Program-made: the position numbers and the translations under genes
In this document: piece after piece, positions 46,120 to 56,110 of the stretch
Layout: every line of letters begins with the position of its first letter
Position numbering within the stretch: the first letter of the stretch is position 1
DNA from: a plasmid
Reading direction: 5' to 3' (one strand)
Sequence record: NZ_LR134454.1
Length of the DNA stretch: 64,000 nucleotides
The notes under the pieces: model-generated
Told to the model about the DNA's origin: nothing
Database searches by the model: none
Seen by the model: the letters and a program-made list of their open reading frames with translations, nothing else

Positions 46120-47496
46120 GTGACGATCAGTGTGTTCGACCTGTTCTCGGTGGGCATCGGCCCGTCGAGTTCCCACACCGTGGGGCCGATGCGGGCGGGC
46201 GCGGATTTCGCCGATGAGCTGCGGTCTTCTCCCTCGACGGTGCGCGCGGTCGTCGTCGACCTGTACGGCTCTCTCGCCGCGACCGGGCGCGGCCACGGCA
46301 CACAACCTGCTGTGCTGCTGGGCCTGGAGGGCAACCGCCCGGAGACCGTGGACCCCGACTACGTCGAGAAGCGCGGCGCCGAGATCGAGGCCACCCGCAG
46401 GGTGAGCTTCGGCAGACGCGACGAGGTGCCGCTGTGCGCCGAGGACATCGTGCTGCACCCGCTCACGGTGCTGCCGCGGCACACCAACGGCATCCGGTTC
46501 CGGGCGGAGCTCGCCGACGGCACGGTGCACGAGGCCGTCTACTACTCGGTGGGCGGCGGCTTCGTCGAGCGCGAGTCCGGCGCCGACACCGTGAATCCGC
46601 TCGCCGGAACCCCCGGCGTGCCCCACGACTTCGACACCGCCGCCGCGCTCCTGGAGACGTGTCCGCGCACCGGCCGCACGGTCCCTCAGCTGATGCTGGA
46701 GAACGAGATCGCGCTGCACGGCGGACCGTCGGACGTGGCGGAACGGGAGGTCCGCGCCGGGCTGCTGCACATCTGGGAGGTCATGGAGGCCTGCATCGAG
46801 CGGGGCTTCCGCGCCGAGGGCATGCTGCCCGGCGGGCTGGGGGTCAAGCGGCGCGCGCCGGGGCTGTACCGCCGGCTCATCGATTCCGACGGTGCCGACG
46901 CCATGGACTGGCTCAACGTCGCGGCCATGGCCGTCAACGAGGAGAACGCCTGCGGCGGCCGGATCGTCACCGCGCCGACCAACGGCGCGGCGGGGATCGT
47001 GCCGGCGGTGCTGTACTACGCGCTGAAGTTCCGGCCGCACCTCGCCGAGCGCCGCGAGGAGACGGTGTGCGACTACCTGCTGACCGCCGCCGCGATCGCG
47101 GTGCTCTACAAGCGTCGCGCGTCGATCTCGGGCGCCGAGGTGGGCTGCCAGGGCGAAGTCGGCTCCGCGTGCTCGATGGCCGCGGGCGCGCTCGCGCAGG
47201 TCATGGGTGCCACGCCCGCGCAGGTGGAGAACGCCGCCGAGATCGGCATCGAGCACAACCTGGGCCTGACCTGCGACCCCATCGGCGGCCTCGTGCAGAT
47301 CCCCTGCATCGAGCGCAACGCCATCGCCTCGGTGAAGGCCGTGAACGCCGCCCGCATCGCCCTGCACGGCGACGGCACGCACCGCGTCTCGCTGGATCAG
47401 GCCATCGAGACCATGCGCCAGACCGGCGCCGACATGCTGTCGAAGTACAAGGAGACCTCCCTCGGCGGCCTCGCCGTCAACGTGCCGGAGTGTTGA
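46120..47496 (+). CDS. sdaA: L-serine ammonia-lyase (Fe-S L-serine dehydratase, single-chain)
   Basis: 458 aa with an SDH beta-like N-terminus and an alpha-like C-terminus containing the cysteine ligands. Confidence 0.85.
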   Translation: MTISVFDLFSVGIGPSSSHTVGPMRAGADFADELRSSPSTVRAVVVDLYGSLAATGRGHGTQPAVLLGLEGNRPETVDPDYVEKRGAEIEATRRVSFGRRDEVPLCAEDIVLHPLTVLPRHTNGIRFRAELADGTVHEAVYYSVGGGFVERESGADTVNPLAGTPGVPHDFDTAAALLETCPRTGRTVPQLMLENEIALHGGPSDVAEREVRAGLLHIWEVMEACIERGFRAEGMLPGGLGVKRRAPGLYRRLIDSDGADAMDWLNVAAMAVNEENACGGRIVTAPTNGAAGIVPAVLYYALKFRPHLAERREETVCDYLLTAAAIAVLYKRRASISGAEVGCQGEVGSACSMAAGALAQVMGATPAQVENAAEIGIEHNLGLTCDPIGGLVQIPCIERNAIASVKAVNAARIALHGDGTHRVSLDQAIETMRQTGADMLSKYKETSLGGLAVNVPEC

Positions 47497-47521
47497 GGGA
47501 CCGCGATGTAGGGCGTTGGCC

Positions 47522-48151
47522 TCAGTCTTTGCAGATGCCGTTGATTTGACCGGCGAGATTGTCGACCAGGTCGCCTTGGAACTTCACGTCGGCGGCCGGT
47601 TCACGGCGTTCGTAAGAGTCCAGGATGGCTACAAACGCGGTGATCCAGTCCTGCACCGTGCTGCGAATGGGTTCGGCGGCGTTTGGCGAGATGCGTGAGG
47701 CCAGTTGCGAAAGAGACTGGCGCGCCTTAGCGATATCTGCGTCGAGCGTTGGCCGAGAGTAGTCCAACGGCGTCTCGAATTTCGGCAACTGCTGCGACGT
47801 CAGCCCTCCTGCGACGCAAACGCTCGCCTTGGAGGTCATGGTGCCTCGTAAGCGGTAGTCGTAGGCGGAGGTGCCCGCCGCTGACGAACTGGCCGCGGTG
47901 GATGGGGCGGCGGTGCCCGAGGTGTCGCTGGAGCGCGTGAGGGCGAAAGTCAGAGCTGCACCCGCGATGAGCGCGATGACGACCGCGATGACGACGAAGA
48001 TGATCGTCTTGCTCGACCGCTTCGGAGGGGCGGGTGGCGGGAACTGGGGCGGCATCCCCGGCTGCGCGCCTTGGAACGGCGGCCCCTGGAATTGCGAGGG
48101 CGTCCCCGACTGCGGCGTCTGGTCCTCCGGTGGCTGCTGCCCCTGTGTCAT
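47522..48151 (-). CDS. Hypothetical membrane-anchored protein with a Pro/Gln-rich N-terminus
   Basis: About 209 aa, beginning MTQGQQPPEDQTPQSG…PPAPP and followed by a TM helix (IIFVVIAVVIALIAGAALTFAL) and a roughly 140-aa extracytoplasmic domain. Confidence 0.5.
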   Translation of the reverse strand: MTQGQQPPEDQTPQSGTPSQFQGPPFQGAQPGMPPQFPPPAPPKRSSKTIIFVVIAVVIALIAGAALTFALTRSSDTSGTAAPSTAASSSAAGTSAYDYRLRGTMTSKASVCVAGGLTSQQLPKFETPLDYSRPTLDADIAKARQSLSQLASRISPNAAEPIRSTVQDWITAFVAILDSYERREPAADVKFQGDLVDNLAGQINGICKD

Positions 48152-48313
48152 GCGTTCCTCCCCGTGCGCCGGTGCGGCGAGCACCGCGTCGATGCGGACA
48201 TGGTAGCGGTGCACGACGTGGAACCGGCCGCGCAGCGGCGGCATCCCACCGTCCACCTGCGTCCCCTACCTGCTGCGGCGAAACGTGTCAGTGGCCGTCG
48301 CTAGGGTGGCGGC

Positions 48314-48718
48314 ATGGACGTGCTCACGGTGGCTGCGGTGTGTTTCCGGGACGAGGCCGGGCGGGTGCTCACGGTGCGCAAACGCGGTACCGATGCCTTC
48401 ATGCTGCCCGGCGGCAAGCTGGAGCCGGGGGAGGCCGCGGTCGACTGCGCGGTCCGCGAGATCGACGAGGAGCTCGGCGTCGCGCTGACGACGGAGGACC
48501 TCACCCACCTGGTGTCGTGGCGCGGCCCCGCCGCGAACGAGGCGAACACCGACATCGAGTCCACGGTGTTCGCCACCGCGCTGCGGGTCGAGCCGCGGGC
48601 CGCGGCCGAGATCGCGGAGGCCCGCTGGCTGGACCCGGCCGACCACGGCGACGTCACCATCGCGCCGATGCTGGAGCAGTACCTCTTCCCGCGGCTGGCG
48701 GGCGCCCCCATCGCATGA
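48314..48718 (+). CDS. NUDIX hydrolase
   Basis: 134 aa with the Nudix box GGKLEPGEAAVDCAVREIDEELGV. Confidence 0.75.
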   Translation: MDVLTVAAVCFRDEAGRVLTVRKRGTDAFMLPGGKLEPGEAAVDCAVREIDEELGVALTTEDLTHLVSWRGPAANEANTDIESTVFATALRVEPRAAAEIAEARWLDPADHGDVTIAPMLEQYLFPRLAGAPIA

Positions 48719-49872
48719 GGATCACCCAGCCGCAGGCCCGCCGGATCGCCCTCGCCGCCCAGGGCTTCGAGCCGGGCTTCGCCGGCGCCGCGGCGCCGAC
48801 GATGCGGCAGGTGCAGAAGACGATCGACCGGCTCAAGCTCATCCAGATCGACAGCGTCAACGTGGTCGCCCGCAGCCAGTACCTCCCGGTCTTCGCGCGC
48901 CTCGGCGACTACGACACCGCGCTGCTCGACCGCGCCCGCGACAAGAACCCGCGGCGGCTCGTCGAGGCGTGGGCCCACGAGGCCTCGCTGGTCCCGCCCG
49001 AGACCTGGCCGCTGCTGCGGCACCGTCGGACCGCGGACCGGGTGTCGCAGCGGTTCGCGAGCTACGACGATCGGCACCCCGGCCAACTGGACCGGCTGCG
49101 CGGCGCGCTCGCCGAACTGCCGCCGCTGACCGCCCGCGCGCTCGAGGCGCACCTGGAGCACGAGCAGGTGGTGGAGAGGACGCACTGGGGTTGGAACTGG
49201 TCGTCGGTGAAGGAGGGGCTGGAGGTGCTCTTCCACGCCGGAGAGGTCACCAGCGCCGGCCGCACCAGCCAGTTCGAGCGGCTGTACGCCCCCACGTCGA
49301 CGGTGCTCGGCCCGCTCGCGGAGCGGGAGGTATCCGACGAGGAAGCGTTCGTCGAGTTGCTGCGGCAGTCGGCGAAGGCGCACGGCATCGGGACGCTGCG
49401 CTGCCTGCGCGACTACTTCCGGCTGTCCACCGCGCAGGCGGCGCCGGCCGTCGAGAAGCTCGTCGAAACAGGCGAACTCCTCCCGGTGGAGGCCGACTGG
49501 TGGCCCGGCACCGTCTACCTGCACGCGGAGGCCAAGCGGCCGCGGGCGATGTCGGCGCGGGCGCTGCTCTCGCCCTTCGACCCCGTCGTGTGGCAGCGCG
49601 AGCGGGCCGAGGCGCTGTTCGACTTCTTCTACCGGATCGAGATCTACACGCCCAAGGAGAAGCGGGTGCACGGCTACTACGTGCTGCCCTTCCTCTTCGG
49701 CGACCGGATCGTCGCGCGCTGCGACGTGAAGGCCGACCGCGCGGCGGGGGAGCTGCTCGTGCACTCCACCACCTGGGAGCCCGGCGGCCGCGACGCCGCG
49801 TCCGAGGCAGCGCTGGAGCAGACCGTCGCCGAGATGGCCGGCTGGCTGGGGCTCGACGGCTACCGGCTCTGA
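48715..49872 (+). CDS. Winged-helix DNA glycosylase of the YcaQ/AlkZ-like family (DUF1006)
   Basis: 385 aa. Its ATG overlaps the NUDIX TGA. It begins MRITQPQARRIALAAQGF and carries the conserved Q-x-Q-like motif region. Confidence 0.7.
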   Translation: MRITQPQARRIALAAQGFEPGFAGAAAPTMRQVQKTIDRLKLIQIDSVNVVARSQYLPVFARLGDYDTALLDRARDKNPRRLVEAWAHEASLVPPETWPLLRHRRTADRVSQRFASYDDRHPGQLDRLRGALAELPPLTARALEAHLEHEQVVERTHWGWNWSSVKEGLEVLFHAGEVTSAGRTSQFERLYAPTSTVLGPLAEREVSDEEAFVELLRQSAKAHGIGTLRCLRDYFRLSTAQAAPAVEKLVETGELLPVEADWWPGTVYLHAEAKRPRAMSARALLSPFDPVVWQRERAEALFDFFYRIEIYTPKEKRVHGYYVLPFLFGDRIVARCDVKADRAAGELLVHSTTWEPGGRDAASEAALEQTVAEMAGWLGLDGYRL

Positions 49873-50657
49873 TCCGCGGGCACCGTGATCGCGGTGAAGA
49901 CGCGGAACAGGGCGTGCGCATCCGGGCGGTAGTGCCCGTAGTCGGGGGCGGATCGTCGGGACGCGCCGTCCCACTGCTTCTTGGTCACCGCGGCGAAGTC
50001 GAGGTGGTAGCCGTGCCGCGCCGCCAGGAGCTGCAGCAACGTCTTCGACGAGCGGCCGTTGCCCTCGCGGAACGGGTGCGCGCAGTTGAGATAGGCGTAC
50101 GCCTCGGCGAGGTGGTGCGCGTAGCCGCGGCGGTCGAGGTGGTGGGCGGGCTTGCGGAGGATCCCTGCGGCGTCGCCGAGGTACCGCTCGATCCATGCGG
50201 CGCGGAAGGTCTGGTGGCGCAGGTCCATGTCGTACCGGCGGAAGACGCCCGCCCACGGGTAGACCTCGCCGAACAGGACGCGGTGGATCGCGATGAGGTG
50301 CACGCCGTCGAAGGTCGCCGGGACGTCGATCGCCCCCGTCTCGATACCGAACTGCCGCGCCGTGCCGATCTCGAACTCGAGCTGCTGCACCGCGCCCGCG
50401 TCACGGATCCCGAGGCGGTTCCGCAGGATCCCCGTTCCGGGATACAGCGTGTCGGCGAAGGCGGCGGGGACGTCGGCGCACTCCGGAGGTCCGACCTCGG
50501 CGCCGGCCAGCGCGCGGTCGATCGCGCTGGCGACGTACTCGTCCAGGGTGACAGCGCCGTCCGCCAGTGCGAGCAGTCGCTCGGTGTCCGGGGACGTGGG
50601 CGCCCACCCCTCGAGCACGCTGTTGGCGATCGCGCCCAACACCGTCGCTCGATCCAT
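49860..50657 (-). CDS. Fic/Doc family protein
   Basis: 265 aa with the canonical Fic motif HPFREGNGRSS. Confidence 0.8.
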   Translation of the reverse strand: MDRATVLGAIANSVLEGWAPTSPDTERLLALADGAVTLDEYVASAIDRALAGAEVGPPECADVPAAFADTLYPGTGILRNRLGIRDAGAVQQLEFEIGTARQFGIETGAIDVPATFDGVHLIAIHRVLFGEVYPWAGVFRRYDMDLRHQTFRAAWIERYLGDAAGILRKPAHHLDRRGYAHHLAEAYAYLNCAHPFREGNGRSSKTLLQLLAARHGYHLDFAAVTKKQWDGASRRSAPDYGHYRPDAHALFRVFTAITVPADQSR

Positions 50658-50689
50658 CCCCGCAGCTTATCGAGACCGGTCGTCGTGAC

Positions 50690-50750
50690 ATCGGCCGAAT
50701 CCTGCGGTACGCGGCCGATATGGGCCTCCTACTACCCGAATCGGCCGATT
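50690..50750. promoter_or_regulatory. Three copies of the palindromic motif ATCGGCCGAT (one perfect 12-mer, AATCGGCCGATT) in the 104-bp ABC-F–Fic spacer
   Basis: ATCGGCCGAAT is followed after 11 bp by GCGGCCGATA, then after 19 bp by AATCGGCCGATT. Confidence 0.35.
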
Positions 50751-50761
50751 TCACGACTGGA

Positions 50762-52297
50762 TCAGCGGGTGATCTCGACCTCGCGGGTCAGGCCCAGCAG
50801 GTCGAGGAAGGCGCGGTCGTGCGAGACGACGACGAGCGCGCCCTCCCACGACTTCAGCGCCTCCACCAGCAGCTCCACCGACGGGACATCGAGGTTGTTG
50901 GTCGGCTCGTCCAGCGCCAGCAACGACGGCGCGGGATCCCCGAGCAGGGCGATCGCCAGGGCGAGCCGCAGGCGCTCGCCCCCGCTGAGGGTGCTGACGA
51001 TCCGCTCGGACTGCCGTCCCCGGAACAGCATCCGGGCGAGCGCGGCGTGCGCGTGCTGGGCGTCGAGGTCGGGGTGGGCGTCGCGCACGGCGTCGAGCAG
51101 CGAACCTTCTTCAGCCGCCCCGAAGCGCACGTCCTGCGGGACGTAGCCGATCACCGTCGGCGGCTCCGCGGCCCGGGCGGCATCGATGGCGCGGCGCAGC
51201 ACCGTCGTCTTGCCCGCCCCGTTGGGACCCACGAGCGCGATTCGCTCCGGACCGACGACCTGCAGCGGACCGTCGTCGAGCTGCGTGCGGTGCAGTCCCG
51301 GGCCCGGTTCGGGCATGGCGATCCGGACGGAGCGGTCGTCGCGGACGCCCTCTTTGGCGGCGTCGAGCGCGTCGCGCGCGGAGTCGACGCGGTCCTCGTG
51401 GAGGCCGCGGTGCTTGCCCGCCGAGACCTCGGCGGCGTTCTTCCGCAGGCCCGCGATGATCTTCGGGACCCGCTTCTCGGCCTCGGCCTTCGCGGCGAAC
51501 CGCGCGCGACGATCCAGCTTGATCTGCGCTTCCACCAGGTCGCGGCGCTGCGCCTTGAGGTCGACCTTCGCCGACGTCACGGCCTGTTCCGCGGCGGCCT
51601 GCTCGGCGTCGAGCACCTCGCGGTAGTGCGAGTACGGCCCGCCGAAGACGCGGACGGACCCGCGGTACAGCTCGACGGTCGAGTCCATGCGGTCGAGCAG
51701 CGTGAGGTCGTGGCTGACCACGACGGCCGTCCCGCCGAATCGCTCCAGCGCCTCGGTGAGCAGGCCGCGGGCGCGCTCGTCGAGGTTGTTGGTCGGCTCG
51801 TCGAGGAGCAGGGTGTCGGGGCGGAGCAGCAGCTGACCCGCGATGGCGAGGAGGGTGGCCTCGCCGCCGGACAGCGTGCCGACGGTGCGGTCCAGGGCGC
51901 CGAGTCGCAGGCCGAGGCCGTCGAGGACCGCGGTCGCGCGCTCCTCGACGTCCCAGTCGTCGCCGACGGCCTCGAAGTCCTCGGGCTCGGCCGAGCCGCC
52001 CTCGATGCGGCGCAGGGCGGCGACGGTGCCGCCGATGCCCAGCGCGTCGGCGAGGGTGTCCTCCGGCCGTGCTTGCGGGTGTTGCGGGACGTAGCCGACC
52101 ACGCCGGTGCCGCTCACCGAGCCGGCCGTCGGGGTGATCCGACCTGCGAGGATGCGCAGCATGGTGCTCTTGCCGGCGCCGTTGGCGCCGACCAGGGCGG
52201 CGCGCCCGGCGGGGATGGTGAAGCTCAGGTCGTCGAAGACGACGGTGCCGTCGGGCCAGCGGAGGGAGAGTGCGGAGACAGCGAGAGAGGTAGCCAT
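50762..52297 (-). CDS. ABC-F family ATPase (two NBDs, no TMD; ribosome-associated translation/antibiotic-resistance-factor type)
   Basis: 511 aa. The Walker A motifs are GANGAGKST and GPNGAGKTT, with two LSGGE signatures and a charged inter-domain linker. Confidence 0.8.
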   Translation of the reverse strand: MATSLAVSALSLRWPDGTVVFDDLSFTIPAGRAALVGANGAGKSTMLRILAGRITPTAGSVSGTGVVGYVPQHPQARPEDTLADALGIGGTVAALRRIEGGSAEPEDFEAVGDDWDVEERATAVLDGLGLRLGALDRTVGTLSGGEATLLAIAGQLLLRPDTLLLDEPTNNLDERARGLLTEALERFGGTAVVVSHDLTLLDRMDSTVELYRGSVRVFGGPYSHYREVLDAEQAAAEQAVTSAKVDLKAQRRDLVEAQIKLDRRARFAAKAEAEKRVPKIIAGLRKNAAEVSAGKHRGLHEDRVDSARDALDAAKEGVRDDRSVRIAMPEPGPGLHRTQLDDGPLQVVGPERIALVGPNGAGKTTVLRRAIDAARAAEPPTVIGYVPQDVRFGAAEEGSLLDAVRDAHPDLDAQHAHAALARMLFRGRQSERIVSTLSGGERLRLALAIALLGDPAPSLLALDEPTNNLDVPSVELLVEALKSWEGALVVVSHDRAFLDLLGLTREVEITR

Positions 52298-52742
52298 GAA
52301 TGCTCCTTGAGGTCGTCAGGAGCCGCGGCCGGTGGAATGGTCACACCAGGGCGTGCGGCAGGGCCGAGGACGTCTCAGGACAGCATGGCGCCGAGTCTAA
52401 TCACAGGTGCTTGCGCTCCGCATCGGAATTTCACGGGGACAGGAGTGTGATCTGCGTCCCACTCCGGCCCGTGGCGCTTGTGCGGCGCGCGGTGTGTGGT
52501 GCTACTTTCAAACCATGTCCGGGAGTCTTGAGGCCCATCTGCGCGTCGGTTATGAGACCGTCGCGCTGGGCTGCCGTCTCCCCATGGTTCGCGTGCACTG
52601 TCGAATGTGTTGCCGCTGAGCGTTCCCGCTCGCACTCTCGCCGGCCCTTCCACCTGGGCTGATCCGTTCGACAACTCCATTTCCACGCCAGCGCCCGGGA
52701 TGATTCCGGAGGTCGCGGCGTACGCACACACTTCGAGGAACC

Positions 52743-54053
52743 ATGACCGTCGTTGATCTCCCCGCCGTTTCCCCCACTCGCGCCCCGCAGGCCCGTCCCG
52801 CGCAGGCCCGCACCGCCCGGCCGCGCAATCCGCTGGCCCGGCCCGCCGCCGCCGAGCGCCAGGTCCGTACGGCCGCCCCCGCCCGCGTCTTCGCCCCGCA
52901 GTTGCGGGTCTCGGAGAAGCCCGCCGCTGCCGTGCTCCGCGTCATCCGGCGCGGCGGCCTGGTGCTCCGCGACGAGATCGTGCGCGAGACCCAGCTGTCC
53001 GCCGCGACCGTGAACCGCCAGGTCACGGCACTCATCGAGGCGGGCCTGGTGCGCGAGCGCGCCGACCGCGCGGCCAGTGGCGTCGTCGGCCGGCCCCGCC
53101 TGCCGCTCGAGGTCGACCCGAACGGCCCCGTCGCCCTCGGCATCCACATCGGCTTCCGCGTGAGCACGGTGACGATGCACGACGTCGCCGGCAAGGTCAT
53201 CGGCGCGATCCAGATCCCCACGCCCGAGAGCGGCGAGCCCGGTGAGGTGCTGTCGGTGATCGCCACCAGCGCGCGGCGGTTCCTCGCCCGTTGGGACGGT
53301 CGTACCGTTCTGGGTGCCGGCGTCGCGATCGGCGGCCGCGTGGACGACCGCGGTGTGGTCGCCGACCATCCGCGCCTCGGCTGGAAGGACGTCGCTCTGG
53401 GCGAACGCCTTTCGGGCGCGATCGGCCTGCCCGTGACGGTGGCCCCGCACGTCGAGGCGATGGCCGCCGCCGAGCTGCATCTGTCCGAGGAGTACGAGTC
53501 GCAGGGCTCCACCCTGTACTTCTACGGCCGCGAGACCGTGGGCGTCGCGCTCGCGCTGCACGGCGCGGTGCATTCGCCGAAGTCGGGCCCGCACACCATC
53601 GGACACCTGCCGACCCGCAACGTCGAGCTGCTCGACCCGAAGCGCACCGGCCGGCTCGAGGACGCCGTCACCGACACCGCTGTCGTGGATGCCGCACGCG
53701 CGCAGAAGCTTCCGGTGCGGACCATCGCGGACCTGCACAAGCTGGCCGACGGCGGCAACGAGACCGCGCGGGCCGTCGTCGCCGAGCGCGGTCGGGTGCT
53801 GGGCGAGGCCGCCGCGCTGGTGGCAGACATCTTCAACCCGGACCGGCTGATCCTGGGCGGCCAGGCCTTCACCGACCACACCGCGATCCTCCCGCACGTC
53901 TCCGCCGCGCTGAAGGCCACCTCGGCCGAGCCGGGCCGGTCGGTGCGGGTCAGCGGGGCCGGTGGGCGCGTGCAGCAGCAGGCCGCCGGTGCCGCCGCGC
54001 TCGACGGTGTCTACACCGACCCGCTCGGTGCCGTCTCCCGCGCGGTCGCCTGA
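52743..54053 (+). CDS. ROK family transcriptional regulator (wHTH + sugar-kinase-like domain)
   Basis: 436 aa. The N-terminal MarR-like wHTH is present (RVIRRGGLVLRDEIVRETQLSAATVNRQVTALIEAGL), as is the ROK core. Confidence 0.75.
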   Translation: MTVVDLPAVSPTRAPQARPAQARTARPRNPLARPAAAERQVRTAAPARVFAPQLRVSEKPAAAVLRVIRRGGLVLRDEIVRETQLSAATVNRQVTALIEAGLVRERADRAASGVVGRPRLPLEVDPNGPVALGIHIGFRVSTVTMHDVAGKVIGAIQIPTPESGEPGEVLSVIATSARRFLARWDGRTVLGAGVAIGGRVDDRGVVADHPRLGWKDVALGERLSGAIGLPVTVAPHVEAMAAAELHLSEEYESQGSTLYFYGRETVGVALALHGAVHSPKSGPHTIGHLPTRNVELLDPKRTGRLEDAVTDTAVVDAARAQKLPVRTIADLHKLADGGNETARAVVAERGRVLGEAAALVADIFNPDRLILGGQAFTDHTAILPHVSAALKATSAEPGRSVRVSGAGGRVQQQAAGAAALDGVYTDPLGAVSRAVA

Positions 54054-54057
54054 CCGC

Positions 54058-55272
54058 TCACTTCGCGTCCTTGACCATGAGGTAGCTCGCCGACGCCTGC
54101 TGATGTGCCTGCGTGAGGGTGCCCACGCCGCTGGTCGAGACGTAGTACCGGCCCGCCGCGAAACTGCAGCTGTAAGCCTTGCGGGGAGCTCCGTTGGAGC
54201 GAGTGATCGACGACGCGCACCGGGATCCCGGGACGCCCGCCACGGTCGGCTCCTCGCTGGCGTTGCCGGACCCGCCGCCCTCGCCCGTCCGGTAGGCATC
54301 GGCGAGATAGCGCGCACTGGTGGCGCTGCGCGTGCGCGTCACCGTCGAGCCGGCGGCGGCGACCAGGTCGACGCCGGCGCGCTCGTGAAGCGTCTTCGTG
54401 GCGAGCCAGTCGTCGGCCGCCGCGTTCGCCCAGGCCTGGGGAGTGAGGTAGCCGAGGGCGAGCTGCGCCCCGTCGCCCGTACGGATGACGTCCGGCAGTG
54501 TCAGCGACATGATGCCGTCGCGGTCCGGCGGAAGCGTGAGCATCTGATCCGGCGTCGCGGTGAGCGCGCGCATCGCCACCGTCTGCCGGTCGAACCAGGA
54601 CGTCGCGAGGGCCTCGGCGACCGCATCGGCGACCTCGCTGAAGCCGATGACGAGCAGGTAGTCCTGGAACGGCATCCACCACACCGTGGTGAGGGAGCGG
54701 TTCGCCAGGCTGGTCCCCAGGAAGGCGTCGGTGTGGCCGGAGATGGGTGGGGATGGGTTGGAACCCACAGCCGCACGGATGGCCCGTGCCGCGGAGACCG
54801 CGTTGTCACTGGTCCGGTACCGGATGACGCCGGTCGTCATGCGCGCGGTGTTCGGCTGGGCACGCTCGACGAGCGCCGTCTGCCGCGCCGAGACGGCGCC
54901 GCCGACGTAGCTCCCGTTCTGTGATAGGCCGGAGATCAGCGGGATTCCGAAGACCATCCCCAGCGCGACGTCGGAGGGGAGGACCGGCGTCGTCGACGGC
55001 GCGGGCCAGTTGAAGGTCCGGTCCAATTCGGGTGGCGCGATGAGGTGGCCCGACAGCTCGTAGCTCGCCTGGACGCGCCGGTCATTGGAGTCCGTCCGCT
55101 CCGGCACCTGGCGCGGGGCCGTCGGGTAGCCGCCGGTGTCGAGGCGGCTCGTCGCGCTCGGGTCGGGCTGGGCGGTCCCGTCCACGACGGTCGCGCAGCC
55201 AGTGGCCGCCAGTGCTGTGGTCAGCATCACAGCGATGCCGTGCCGCCGGAATCCCCTCATAGCGGACAGCAT
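54058..55272 (-). CDS. Hypothetical lipoprotein (lipobox LAATGC)
   Basis: 404 aa with a signal peptide ending LTTALAATGC. No domain was recognised from memory. Confidence 0.5.
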   Translation of the reverse strand: MLSAMRGFRRHGIAVMLTTALAATGCATVVDGTAQPDPSATSRLDTGGYPTAPRQVPERTDSNDRRVQASYELSGHLIAPPELDRTFNWPAPSTTPVLPSDVALGMVFGIPLISGLSQNGSYVGGAVSARQTALVERAQPNTARMTTGVIRYRTSDNAVSAARAIRAAVGSNPSPPISGHTDAFLGTSLANRSLTTVWWMPFQDYLLVIGFSEVADAVAEALATSWFDRQTVAMRALTATPDQMLTLPPDRDGIMSLTLPDVIRTGDGAQLALGYLTPQAWANAAADDWLATKTLHERAGVDLVAAAGSTVTRTRSATSARYLADAYRTGEGGGSGNASEEPTVAGVPGSRCASSITRSNGAPRKAYSCSFAAGRYYVSTSGVGTLTQAHQQASASYLMVKDAK

Positions 55273-55753
55273 TGCACGGATGTGTTGCTGCGGCGTTGAC
55301 GGGCCGGGGGTGTGCGGGGGCTGCGAATAGTCGGGCGAAAGTTACTGAAATGAATTCTCGTAGTCGATGTAGATGCTTACGAAACTTTGGTGCGCCGCGA
55401 TTGTCGCGCCGCGGATCCCTGGAGCCTGAGTCCGTGAATCCGGTTCTCACCAGGTCGCTCGTTGCAAACCCGCATACGGTGCAACATGTTCTCGTCGGCC
55501 GGTGTCGGCCGCGCCTGCGGGCGCGCGTCGTGGGGGCTCGCGCGGTGCGCGACCGACGCCCGTGACCGTGCACAACGTGATCGACAACCGGAATTGTCGA
55601 TCGCGATCCTGTGGGGTCTGACCTGGTCGTCTTGCAATCGGACAACGGTGGCTTCAAAGAAGTGCAGTTGCAATGCGGGTGGTACATTCTTTTGCGACAA
55701 CGAATTCAGTCGGTACGTATGTGCCGCCTGGCTGGGCAGACGGGAGGGTGGCA

Positions 55754-56056
55754 TTGAGTTCCGACAAGGACGCCGGTGCGAACCTCGGCCAGAGCGCCGG
55801 TGCGCGCGCCATCGAGGCGCGCGCGGCGATAGCGACGGCGCAGTTGCGGTCGACCGTGACGTCGATCAGTTCCTCGGTGGGCTGCACCAGCTCGCACGGC
55901 GAGCGGATCGTCGAGACGATCGACGACCTCATCGACGACGTCATGCCCGAACTCGAGGCCGCCGAGGCCCTCACCGCCGGCCGGGGAGCCTCGGGCCCCG
56001 CGTCGCGTCCCTCGGTGTGGGTCGAGGCCCCGTCGACCGCGAGCGCTTCGTCGTGA
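55754..56056 (+). CDS. Small hypothetical protein at the head of the ESX locus
   Basis: 100 aa with a TTG start 6 nt after GGGAGGG. It shares a strand with the giant acidic protein and eccA, 54 bp upstream of the former. Confidence 0.35.
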   Translation: MSSDKDAGANLGQSAGARAIEARAAIATAQLRSTVTSISSSVGCTSSHGERIVETIDDLIDDVMPELEAAEALTAGRGASGPASRPSVWVEAPSTASASS

Positions 56057-56110
56057 CCCCGTCGATCGTCGCGGCGGTGTCGCCGCGCCCGGCTTGAATG
56101 AGGTGTCGAA

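Noticed and set aside
49860-50657. Fic N-terminal inhibitory helix motif (S/T)xxxE(G/N)
   Set aside because: The nearest match, NSVLEG, has the wrong spacing. I could not confidently assign a class II autoinhibition motif or a separate antitoxin gene.
52375-52731. 118-aa minus-strand ORF inside the ABC-F leader
   Set aside because: It has no RBS, an Arg/Gly/Pro-biased composition, and overlaps equally long ORFs on the other strand. It is treated as non-coding leader.
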